Shown here one piece after another: positions 9,988 through 19,051 of a DNA stretch of 37,929 nucleotides. How positions within the stretch are numbered: position 1 is the first letter of the stretch; each line of letters begins with the position of its first letter. The notes below the pieces were generated by a model. That model made no database searches, was not told where the DNA came from, and saw nothing but the letters and a program-made list of their open reading frames with translations. Position numbers and translations under genes: made by a program. The DNA is from Candidatus Hodarchaeota archaeon (GTDB taxonomy: Archaea > Asgardarchaeota > Heimdallarchaeia > Hodarchaeales > Hodarchaeaceae). The stretch lies in contig JAEOTQ010000203.1 of the NCBI GenBank assembly GCA_016839785.1, forward strand, positions 1 through 37,929, given 5' to 3'.

Positions 9988-10090
9988 AAATGTTCCAAGA
10001 TTGCATCACTTGTGCAAGTTATATAAATTTAGCGCTTTTGGCTGAAATTTCTGAAAATTCAATCTTCCGTAAGACTTTAATAAGGGTTAA

Positions 10091-11233
10091 ATGTTATCAT
10101 CATATAAGGTAGGTCAATTTTTGGAAAATACTAATAACAATTCTATGTTATTACAATTAAAGATCGATTTTATTCAATATATGGCTCAAACAGGATTGAT
10201 TTTAGGTTATGATTCTTCTTTATTATCGGTAATATATGCGTTATTAATTGAGGATACCTATATTACACAAGAACAAATTATGAAGCTTACAGGTTTGCGA
10301 AAACGTGTAGTCTCAAATATTCTATCCGAATTATCAGATCCCTCAAGCAGTTTTCATGTCCTGAAGACACGAAAACCTGGTGAAAAAGTGAAATACTACA
10401 AAATTTCCTTTTCATACGATCAATATATCCAACATATACTTATCCTTGGACTTAGGGCATTTAAATCGAATATCGAAGGCATTCCAATACTAATTTCCAG
10501 ATTGGATCATTTAAGTGAGCAAAATGCTTCCGTTAAACGTGTAAGAGATTTTTTATCCTTCTTTTATCGGATTATGAAGATGTATGGTTTATTTGTTGAA
10601 TACAGTGCTCGGAATGTAGAAGATCTATTTCAAGATAATGATTTCTTAGAATCCATTACAGAGAAACTCGAGGCGTATTTCGATGAAATTCCTAAAGGCC
10701 AAACTGAATTAGTTCCAGATGAAGATTCATTAGCAGAAATTAAAAAAGATTGGTTGGAATATCTACAAAGCTTTTTTGCGTATTCTATAAACCTGGGAAA
10801 AAGAAGAATTGAATCTGGCCAGGTTGTTATCCTCCATCTACTTCACATGGAGAATGAAGCACTAGATCAAACCAAGATTATGAAAATTACCGGATATAGT
10901 AGAGGAAGCGTCTCTGAAATATTGTCCGAATTGGTAAAATCTAATACTGTCCTTGTAGTAAAACATGGGCGAGATAGAAAGAAATATTTTAAATTAAATA
11001 TTGATATTTCTACTTTAATAATAGCTAAGTACACTAGATTGATGAATACTTATTCTCAAATCCATACAATGATTCAAAATAGGTTCCTCAATGATTTACA
11101 AGGAATGCACGTTGAAAGAACCAATAAATCTCACATCGAAAGACTATTCTTAGAGATTATCAGATTATACATTATTGCAGAGAAGCATCTTTCTCATCTG
11201 GTAAATTTCTTAAAAGAAAAAAAAATTGAATAG
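10091..11233 (+). CDS. transcriptional regulator with two tandem GbsR/MarR-like winged-HTH domains
   Basis: 'ITQEQIMKLTGLRKRVVSNILSEL...RKPGEKVKYY' and 'LDQTKIMKITGYSRGSVSEILSEL...KHGRDRKKYF'. Confidence 0.8.
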   Translation: MLSSYKVGQFLENTNNNSMLLQLKIDFIQYMAQTGLILGYDSSLLSVIYALLIEDTYITQEQIMKLTGLRKRVVSNILSELSDPSSSFHVLKTRKPGEKVKYYKISFSYDQYIQHILILGLRAFKSNIEGIPILISRLDHLSEQNASVKRVRDFLSFFYRIMKMYGLFVEYSARNVEDLFQDNDFLESITEKLEAYFDEIPKGQTELVPDEDSLAEIKKDWLEYLQSFFAYSINLGKRRIESGQVVILHLLHMENEALDQTKIMKITGYSRGSVSEILSELVKSNTVLVVKHGRDRKKYFKLNIDISTLIIAKYTRLMNTYSQIHTMIQNRFLNDLQGMHVERTNKSHIERLFLEIIRLYIIAEKHLSHLVNFLKEKKIE

Positions 11234-11333
11234 GAAACTCTAGAGTAATGTATGTTTGGTTTCCCTAGATATTTGCCTGTCTGGTATATATGATGTAAAT
11301 AAGTTCATTAATACCAGCTCTGTTTTTTCATCT

Positions 11334-12623
11334 ATGAATGGTGTACAACAACCAGAAAAATTCCCTTCAGGCTTTTTCTGGGGAACAGCTGTATCAGCTC
11401 ATCAAGTTGATGGTGGGAATATGTACAATAATTGGTGGGAATGGGAACAGGTCGAGGGTAGAATAGATCAGAATGATCGATCAGGAGATGCTTGTGACCA
11501 ATGGTCGCGATATGAAGAGGATTTCTCTCTTTTATCCCAATTAAATCAGAACTCATACCGTTTTTCAATGGAGTGGTCGCGAATATTTCCAAAGAAGGGT
11601 GAACTCGATAAGCTCGTGATTGAACATTATCATCAATTTCTAGACGCATTAAAAAAAAGAAAGATTGAACCCTTTGTAACCTTACATCATTTCACTGAAC
11701 CACAGTGGCTTAATCGACTTGGCGGGATTGAACGAAGACAAAATCTCCCCTATTTCAAAGATTTTGTGAACTTGGTGGCAAGAGAATATTCAGAGGATAT
11801 TATATACTGGAATACAATTAATGAACCTAATATTCGTGCAGCGTTAGGGTTTTTTCTTGGTGTTCATCCACCAGGGAAGACTGGAGTCTACAATTATTTA
11901 AAAGCTCTCCGAAATCTATTACGGATGCATGCAGAAGCATATTATATATTGAAGACTGAAAATTCTCAAAATTTGGTAGGGGTTGTTAAAAATATCAATC
12001 TGTTCGAACCATACAACTCTCAGTCTAGGATAGATAGGATGATTGCTTGGGTTTTGGATGAAGGAATGAATAGCAATACCTTACGTGGAATAAGAACAGG
12101 TAAATTACCATTATCAGTGGTCAGGGAATACAAAAACCTGCAAGGATCATCAGATTTTCTTGGCCTGAATTATTACAATCGGAATTTTTGTTCCCGTAAG
12201 TTCGAGGGGTTTTTCAAAAATCATTCAGACGATGCTGATCCAACCAAACTTTGTACAGGACTCAACTGGGAAGCTTATCCAGAAGGACTTTACCTAAGCA
12301 TCAAGCGACTATGGGAGGACTTTAAATTACCAATCTATATCACTGAAAATGGGATTGGGACCACAGATGATAACTGGCGAAAAGAATTTTTAGTGAATCA
12401 TCTGATACAGATCCAAAAAGCCAGTAGAGAAGGGATACCGATAAAGGGGTATTTTCATTGGACACTGCTAGATAATTTTGAGTGGGCTGAGGGGTATGCC
12501 TCGAAATTCGGTATTGTAGAATGCGATCGAAAGACTCTGAAAAGAAAAATAAAGGAAAGTGGGCATCTTTATGCCCAAATAGCAAAAGAAAACCAATTAC
12601 CAATGAAAAATAACGATGAATAA
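11334..12623 (+). CDS. glycoside hydrolase family 1 (beta-glucosidase/beta-galactosidase)
   Basis: 'FPSGFFWGTAVSAHQVDG', 'YRFSMEWSRIFP', 'TLHHF', acid/base 'TINEP', 'GLNYY', nucleophile 'ITENG', 'WTLLDNFEWAEG'. ATG at 11334 preferred over 11256. Confidence 0.96.
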   Translation: MNGVQQPEKFPSGFFWGTAVSAHQVDGGNMYNNWWEWEQVEGRIDQNDRSGDACDQWSRYEEDFSLLSQLNQNSYRFSMEWSRIFPKKGELDKLVIEHYHQFLDALKKRKIEPFVTLHHFTEPQWLNRLGGIERRQNLPYFKDFVNLVAREYSEDIIYWNTINEPNIRAALGFFLGVHPPGKTGVYNYLKALRNLLRMHAEAYYILKTENSQNLVGVVKNINLFEPYNSQSRIDRMIAWVLDEGMNSNTLRGIRTGKLPLSVVREYKNLQGSSDFLGLNYYNRNFCSRKFEGFFKNHSDDADPTKLCTGLNWEAYPEGLYLSIKRLWEDFKLPIYITENGIGTTDDNWRKEFLVNHLIQIQKASREGIPIKGYFHWTLLDNFEWAEGYASKFGIVECDRKTLKRKIKESGHLYAQIAKENQLPMKNNDE

Positions 12624-12628
12624 GGAAG

Positions 12629-14533
12629 TTATTCTTTTCCTAAATCGGTTTTCATTAGGTTAATAGCGGAACTTACCTCGTCTATTGATACTCCGTCTTC
12701 TATTGTACTTAGATCCCCTAGATCTTTGTTTTCATATACGCCTTTCAAGATTCGACGCATGATTTTTCCAGAACGAGTTTTAGGAAGCATGGTAACGACT
12801 TCTACTGCTTTAGGGGCCGCAATGGGACCAACATTATCCCTAACAATTTGTATAATTTCCTTTTTCAGTTCTTCTGTAGGTTGGATTCCTTGACGAAGTA
12901 CTACAAATGCAATTACAACTGTACCTTTAAGTTTATCATCAACTCCTACACAGGTAGTTTCTGCAACTGCATCATGAGACGAAACGGCTTCTTCTATTTC
13001 ACGTGTTCCTAAACGATGCCCTGCTATTTTTATTACTTCATCGGCACGCCCAAGAACCCAAAAATAACCATCTGAATCACGAATTGCATAGTCTCCTGTA
13101 TTATAGAGGCGACCAGGGAATACTTCCCAATAGGTTTGTTTATACCGCTCATCATCACCATAAACGGTTAATAAATTACCCGGAGGTAATGGAAATCTTC
13201 CAACTAGAAATCCTTTTTCACCTGCAGGGAGTTCTTTACCTTTTTCATCTACAACTATCAAGTCCCAACCCATTGCAGATTTTGTTGGAGATCCTGGTTT
13301 TGTTGGTAGAAATTCAATACCAGGATTATTTGTCAGCATTGGGCTCCCACTTTCCGTTTGCCAATAGTGGTCAATTATCTTGACTTTTAATGTCTCTGTT
13401 CCCCATTCATAGGTGGGAACATCTGTTGGTTCTCCTGCTAAGAAGAAATAACGAATTGAAGAGAGATCCCTACTCTTCATCCATTTTTCAGGAAATTTTT
13501 TCAGAATTCTGAAAGCTGTTGGTGCGGAAAAAACAACTGTAACTCCATATTTTTCGATTACACGCCACCATGCATCTGGATTAGGATAAACAGGAGTTCC
13601 TTCAAACAACACGGTAGGAATTCCCAGTAAAAGAGGAGCATAAACAATATAGGAATGACCCACGACCCAACCTATATCAGAAGTCGAAAAATAAACGTCT
13701 CGTTCAGGTTCACAATCATAAATCTGTTTCATAGTCGCATGTAACGCTACCATATAACCTCCCGTATCTCGTAATACTCCTTTTGGTTTACCAGTTGTTC
13801 CAGAAGTGTATAATATGTACGATGGATCTGTTGAATCCATAATTTCTGGTTCTACATAATTCATCCCTTTTTCTTCTAATAATGTTGCCCAATCCAGATC
13901 TCTCCCATCTACCCAGTTGATGGTTGTATCTAAATTTCGATTGAACAGGACGACATTACCAACCTTCTTTGTAGATAGGTCAAGAGCATCATCAACTATT
14001 TCTTTGAGCTTGACAACTTTCCCCATCCTGGAACCTGCGTCACAAGTAAGAAGTAATTTTGGTTCTGCATCATCAATTCTTCCAGCTAGTGATTCACGAC
14101 TAAATCCTGCAAAGACAACTGAGTGAATTGCACCGATTCTAACACAAGTAAGCATGGCTATTATTGCTTCAGGAATCATTGGCATATAGATAATTACTCG
14201 ATCACCTTTTATAACACCTAGATTTTTCAGAACTCCTGAAAATCTGTTTACTTCTTTGTATAAATGGTAATAAGTATAGACACGTGATTGATTAGTTTCA
14301 GGCGATTCCCATATTAAAGCTGCCGTTCCACGTTTGTCACCCAAAGCGTGACGATCCAATGCATTATAACAGAGGTTCGTTTTTCCTCCTGGAAACCATT
14401 TAAAAAATGGATAATCGGTTTCAAGAACTTTATCGTATTTCTGATACCAATGAAGTTTCTCTGCTTCTTTTCCCCAGAAAATTTCTGGCTGTTCAAGTGA
14501 TCGTTTATGTGCTTCTTCGTATGAATTGTACAT
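12629..14533 (-). CDS. prpE: propionate--CoA ligase / AMP-forming acetyl-CoA synthetase family
   Basis: 'YILYTSGTTGKPKGV.RDTGGY.VAL', 'SDIGWVVGHSYIVY.PL', 'DHYWQTE.G', 'AGHRLGTREIEE', 'LPKTRSGK'. RDTGGY and DHYWQTE are typical of the PrpE branch. Confidence 0.88.
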   Translation of the reverse strand: MYNSYEEAHKRSLEQPEIFWGKEAEKLHWYQKYDKVLETDYPFFKWFPGGKTNLCYNALDRHALGDKRGTAALIWESPETNQSRVYTYYHLYKEVNRFSGVLKNLGVIKGDRVIIYMPMIPEAIIAMLTCVRIGAIHSVVFAGFSRESLAGRIDDAEPKLLLTCDAGSRMGKVVKLKEIVDDALDLSTKKVGNVVLFNRNLDTTINWVDGRDLDWATLLEEKGMNYVEPEIMDSTDPSYILYTSGTTGKPKGVLRDTGGYMVALHATMKQIYDCEPERDVYFSTSDIGWVVGHSYIVYAPLLLGIPTVLFEGTPVYPNPDAWWRVIEKYGVTVVFSAPTAFRILKKFPEKWMKSRDLSSIRYFFLAGEPTDVPTYEWGTETLKVKIIDHYWQTESGSPMLTNNPGIEFLPTKPGSPTKSAMGWDLIVVDEKGKELPAGEKGFLVGRFPLPPGNLLTVYGDDERYKQTYWEVFPGRLYNTGDYAIRDSDGYFWVLGRADEVIKIAGHRLGTREIEEAVSSHDAVAETTCVGVDDKLKGTVVIAFVVLRQGIQPTEELKKEIIQIVRDNVGPIAAPKAVEVVTMLPKTRSGKIMRRILKGVYENKDLGDLSTIEDGVSIDEVSSAINLMKTDLGKE

Positions 14534-14741
14534 TAAGTAATTCTTCCCATTCGGTAAGCTATTGGTAATATCCTTGTGTAACTCAAAGAAAAAATAGATT
14601 TTTATATTATTTTTGAGATTTCTTTTTTCCTATCGAAATTTATTTGAAAACGTGAATACCAGAGAGCGAACAGTTATTAATTTGGAGAATTACGGCATAT
14701 CATCATCTCTCGCTAAGCCAGAGTTTTTGGAACTATTCATC

Positions 14742-15728
14742 ATGACACGAATACTGGTTATTTCCGATTTACATCAAGGAACTTCTATTTCACCACCATC
14801 TGGTATTCGTGTAGTAACTCAAGAGAATCTTATCAAAAATTTGATTGCACGCGAGCCTGATGCGGTTTTAATAGCGGGTGATATACAGGATTATATGTGG
14901 AATGATGGGAAATCCGATGATTCAGTTTCTTCTGTTGAAAAAAGCATAGAGGCGGATCCTGTTTTGACAGCATTAAATGATGCAGATCCTCCCGTATATT
15001 ATGTTTGGGGGAATACCGATATAATGGACTGTGAAAAAGAAACAAGTGAGACGCCTCTTACCGAGGAGGTGCGAGAATGGTTTTCCACAGAGTTCTCTAA
15101 TTTTCACGATTGCCACGAAAAAATACTTAAAATGAGTAATTTCATCATTCTTGGATATCAGGATGCCAATAAAACCGATATCTACTCTTCAGGGAAATGC
15201 TGGGAAGAAACAACTATCCATCATGATTTAAGGCCAATAATTGAATCATTATCCAATGAGCAAAAGAAACAACTAATTCTTCTTACGCATACTCCTCCTC
15301 GCGGAATCCTTGATTTTTCTTCTCTCGGGTCACGTCATATTGGGTCATTTTATCTACGGGAACTTATCGATGATTTTCAGCCGAAAATTTCAGTATTCGG
15401 ACATGTACATTATTTGGGAGGGTATTCCAAATATTGTGGAAGGACACAATGTATTAATGTCAGTTCTTTTGGATTAGCAGTTTCGCACGATATTTTGTTT
15501 GGTCAATCGGCATTTGAAATACAGCTAGATACGGATTCCGAAGAAATTTCGACATCTATGATCGTACCGCATTATTGGGAAGGAAAAAGAAAGCGTGCAT
15601 TTGTTGAATATCGTAGTTGCCAAGGATGTGGACGATATGCACCATTTGCCAGAAGACAGTTCAAATATTGTCGAATCTGTTTAGGAACACGGCGTATTCA
15701 GTCTCAAGAAGCTGCATCTGGGGTGTAA
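14742..15728 (+). CDS. calcineurin-like metallophosphoesterase with C-terminal zinc ribbon
   Basis: 'ISDLH', 'AGDI', 'WGNTD', 'LTHTPP', 'GHVH', plus terminal CQGC-x12-CRIC. ATG at 14742 preferred over 14613. Confidence 0.85.
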   Translation: MTRILVISDLHQGTSISPPSGIRVVTQENLIKNLIAREPDAVLIAGDIQDYMWNDGKSDDSVSSVEKSIEADPVLTALNDADPPVYYVWGNTDIMDCEKETSETPLTEEVREWFSTEFSNFHDCHEKILKMSNFIILGYQDANKTDIYSSGKCWEETTIHHDLRPIIESLSNEQKKQLILLTHTPPRGILDFSSLGSRHIGSFYLRELIDDFQPKISVFGHVHYLGGYSKYCGRTQCINVSSFGLAVSHDILFGQSAFEIQLDTDSEEISTSMIVPHYWEGKRKRAFVEYRSCQGCGRYAPFARRQFKYCRICLGTRRIQSQEAASGV

Positions 15729-16017
15729 AATAAAAAGAAATCTTTCCAGACTAACGTGTGGATAGAATCTTTTAGAAAAATCCTTTTTATTTATCATTGG
15801 AGAAAAAATTGTCTTTGAATCAGATAGGCAAAAAATCAATAACAAGGGTAGGAGAGAAATAAAAAGAATATAAAGCCGACTTAAAAAATCATTTTGCACT
15901 TATATTTGTAATTCTAGTTCTTTCTGAAAATACGATTTTTTACCTCTTGTAGATATTACGAGTGTATTAGCTAGGTATTTAAAGAAAAATCAAATTGGTC
16001 TGATTATTGTGGTAGGT

Positions 16018-16191
16018 ATGGCTGATTCTTCTAGTAAACTAAATCAAATGAACGAGCTCCCCAGTAAACCTAATAGAAGAAAATTAACTTTAGGTGACTT
16101 TACAACCATAATTATGACCCAAATCTCCTCACCTGAAAAATCTCTTGAAGCCCCTTCTGTTAAATCTAAAAAAACTCATCACGCAAAATGA
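16018..16191 (+). CDS. small hypothetical protein (low complexity, Ser/Lys-rich)
   Basis: 57-aa ORF filling an otherwise empty gap. Upstream TTTAAA and GGTAGG; double stop TGA TAA. Confidence 0.45.
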   Translation: MADSSSKLNQMNELPSKPNRRKLTLGDFTTIIMTQISSPEKSLEAPSVKSKKTHHAK

Positions 16192-16209
16192 TAATTCGTT
16201 GTTTTCTCT

Positions 16210-17298
16210 TTACAAAAATGGGTAATCGGATAGTTTCAATTCATTTTGTAGAAATTTAAGATCTTCAAGGATAGAAGGCATAATGGGAATTCCTGTTTTT
16301 TCCCGTTCATTTTCTGATAAATACTCCTTTTCACCTGCCGTATAAATCCTGTTATGACCAGGGGCTTTCTTTGAATCCCGTAATTGACGCAAAATTGATC
16401 CACTTATCTTTTTAAATGTGTTTAATGGAAGGAAACCATCGACATCTATTGCCATGAAAAAATGTCCGAGTTTATACCCTTTATCAAGGGTTAATTCTTT
16501 CATGAATGGACCGTTAGATAAAGCAGCGGATAATATTTCAACGGCTGCAGCGTACCCATAACCTTTATGGCCTCCTAATATCTCACCTGCTCCTCCAAGA
16601 GGAAGTAATGCACTTGTTCCCTCAATGAGATCGCCTAAAATTTCACCACTGTCTGTTGCCAAATCTCCCTGATTTGTGATAACCCAGCCCTCTGGAATAG
16701 ATGAATTGGTACGTGCTTTTACTTCAATCTTCCCTCTTTGGGTAATAGAGGTGGCACAATCTATTAAAAACGGGAACTCTTCATCTGTGGGGATTCCGAT
16801 GGTTAATGGATTAGTACCCATCATTGCATCAACTCCATATGTAGGGGCTATTGAAGGCCTCGCGTTTGTACAGGTTATTCCAATCATTCCTTCTTTTATC
16901 GCCATTAAAGAATAATAACCAGCAATTCCGTAATGGGTACTATTTCCGACAGATACTGCTCCCGTTCCAAACTCTTTTGCTTTTTTTATCGCTAATTGCA
17001 TTCCCCGATACGCTGCAACATGACCCATTCCGTGTCCTGCATCAATTCTTGCGGTTGTTGCCGTTTCTTTCAAAATTTTAAATTGAGTTTTTGGAGATTG
17101 AATTCCACCAACAATTCGATCATAGTACATCTTTAAGCGTTGACAACCATGACTTTCGATTCCTCGTAGATCACTTCGTATTAAGACATCCGCACATATT
17201 TCCGCATCCTCTATTGGGACATCTAATTTTACAAAAACATCTTTCATGAAATCAACAAGGGTATCTGCAGGAAAGAATCTTACATTTTGCTCTGTCAT
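16210..17298 (-). CDS. Ldh_2 family oxidoreductase (malate/L-lactate/L-sulfolactate dehydrogenase type 2)
   Basis: 'DLRGIESHG', 'DAGHGMG', 'NSTHYG.AGYY', 'GTNP', 'DCATS....GK', 'GGHKGYG', 'IYTAGEKE'. GGAGG RBS. Confidence 0.93.
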   Translation of the reverse strand: MTEQNVRFFPADTLVDFMKDVFVKLDVPIEDAEICADVLIRSDLRGIESHGCQRLKMYYDRIVGGIQSPKTQFKILKETATTARIDAGHGMGHVAAYRGMQLAIKKAKEFGTGAVSVGNSTHYGIAGYYSLMAIKEGMIGITCTNARPSIAPTYGVDAMMGTNPLTIGIPTDEEFPFLIDCATSITQRGKIEVKARTNSSIPEGWVITNQGDLATDSGEILGDLIEGTSALLPLGGAGEILGGHKGYGYAAAVEILSAALSNGPFMKELTLDKGYKLGHFFMAIDVDGFLPLNTFKKISGSILRQLRDSKKAPGHNRIYTAGEKEYLSENEREKTGIPIMPSILEDLKFLQNELKLSDYPFL

Positions 17299-17335
17299 AA
17301 GTATACATCCTCCAAGTATTGATGAATCACTACAT

Positions 17336-18544
17336 TTATGTTAAATTTATCTCGTTTTTTACATCTGAAATTGATGCTTTTTTTAATGTAAGCTCTTTCA
17401 AAAGGCGGAGATTTTCCCTTGTTCCAATTAAAATTACCCCTCTTAATTTCTGATCCTTGAAAAAGAGCTTTCTGTAAATTCCTTTTTCAAAATCAACAAT
17501 GAGACCTTTTTCTTCTACCCCAGATTCCAGAATTACGTTTCCCATCGATGTCAGGTTGATTCCTGCTACCCTTAAAGTCGTCCACGGAACAGTACCATGA
17601 TACTGAATTCTTTTCCCAAGAATATTTTGTGCCGCAACCCGTGCTTGATCAATGGCAGTTGGAATAATTCCAAATTTTGATCCTGGGAATGACCCTATAT
17701 CTACAGCATCTCCAGCTGCAAAAATATTCTTCATCGAGGTATTCATGTAGGAATCGACATTTATTGCATATTTTCCTAAGTCTAATCCTGCTTTTGATGC
17801 AAGAGTATTGTCATTTTGAATGCCTGTTGCATTGAGAAGGAATTCGCATTTGTATTCGGACACACCAATGACATCTTTGATTTCCATTGTAATTTTCTCT
17901 CCATTTCTCTTAATTTTTTGGCAGGTAGAATTGAAGAGAAATCGGGTGTCCAGAGACTTATCTAAGACCTTATTGAAAAAGTGTCCACCTTCACCGTCCA
18001 ATTGCTTTCTTAAGAGATAAGGTGATCTATCAATAATGGTGGGTGATATTTCTATGTCAGAAAGAGCTTTTGCTAATTCTACTGAAAGTAATCCTCCTCC
18101 CAAAATTGTTGCCTTCTTTGTTTCACAATTAATAGCTTTTTCACGAATATCTAATGCATCGTTAATTGATCGCAAGCAATACACAGGTCCATCATGAATC
18201 CCAGGAATAGGGGGAATGAAAGGTTTCGACCCTGTAGTTATCAGCAGTTTGTCATAGGGATATTTACTACCATCCTCTGTGAGGATACAATTATCCACGC
18301 TTTTTATATTAAAAACTTTTTTATTAAGGACAAGATTAATATTATTGTCACTATACCACTTTTTAGGATATCTGATAACATTTTCTGGCTTTTCACCCAA
18401 TATGACTTTATATATGACTGGACGGGGATAGAAAGGATATGGATCTTCAGTAATCATTGTAATATCTAGATCCTCCCCATGTTTGAGGAATGTATTCACC
18501 GCTGTGAATCCTGCATGTCCAGATCCTATAATGACCACTTGCAA
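17336..18544 (-). CDS. FAD-dependent NAD(P)H oxidoreductase (NADH:rubredoxin oxidoreductase / NirB N-terminal-like)
   Basis: 'IIGSGHAG', 'Y.RP', 'YDKLLITTGS.P..PPIPG', 'ILGGGLL..E', 'TS..NIFAAGD'; C-terminal 'YRKLFFKD..L.G.ILIG'. Confidence 0.9.
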   Translation of the reverse strand: MQVVIIGSGHAGFTAVNTFLKHGEDLDITMITEDPYPFYPRPVIYKVILGEKPENVIRYPKKWYSDNNINLVLNKKVFNIKSVDNCILTEDGSKYPYDKLLITTGSKPFIPPIPGIHDGPVYCLRSINDALDIREKAINCETKKATILGGGLLSVELAKALSDIEISPTIIDRSPYLLRKQLDGEGGHFFNKVLDKSLDTRFLFNSTCQKIKRNGEKITMEIKDVIGVSEYKCEFLLNATGIQNDNTLASKAGLDLGKYAINVDSYMNTSMKNIFAAGDAVDIGSFPGSKFGIIPTAIDQARVAAQNILGKRIQYHGTVPWTTLRVAGINLTSMGNVILESGVEEKGLIVDFEKGIYRKLFFKDQKLRGVILIGTRENLRLLKELTLKKASISDVKNEINLT

Positions 18545-18754
18545 TTTTTATCACCTTTGAGGGAGAAATTGACCAATATTCAATTGTCGTTTCCGCTATA
18601 CTTTCATTTACAGACGATAAGCATACGATACCGATTTTCTGATATGTTTTTTCTCTGCATTTGTGATATGTTTGTAAATGAATGGAGTTGATTTTATAAT
18701 TAGATCTATTATCCTAAGGTAAACGTAAGAAAAAATTTGGGATGTTTGTTTGGT

Positions 18755-19003
18755 ATGAAAAAAAAACCACAAATTGCTTTTAGATATCCTACTGATGTTT
18801 TTCTTGAGGTAGGGAAAACTTACTACTGGTGTGCATGCGGACGATCTAAAACTGAACCATTTTGTGATGGATCTCATAAGGGAACCGAGATCCTCCCGCT
18901 TTCATATCAAGTAAGTGCGTCAAAAACTGTTTATTTGTGTCAGTGCAAATATACCCAGAACCCTCCGATCTGTGATGGTTCTCACAATAATTTACCAGAA
19001 TAA
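18755..19003 (+). CDS. CDGSH iron-sulfur domain protein with two CDGSH motifs (MiNT/CISD3-like)
   Basis: 'WCACGRSKTEPFCDGSH' and 'LCQCKYTQNPPICDGSH'. Confidence 0.95.
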   Translation: MKKKPQIAFRYPTDVFLEVGKTYYWCACGRSKTEPFCDGSHKGTEILPLSYQVSASKTVYLCQCKYTQNPPICDGSHNNLPE

Positions 19004-19051
19004 AATGAATTCTTCGAAGATGGTATTTTGACAAACCATCAGGCATCTTAT

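Noticed and set aside
15681-15899. 72-aa hydrophobic minus-strand ORF
   Set aside because: Non-ATG start, overlaps the phosphoesterase 3' end, and its hydrophobicity follows from T-rich intergenic composition.
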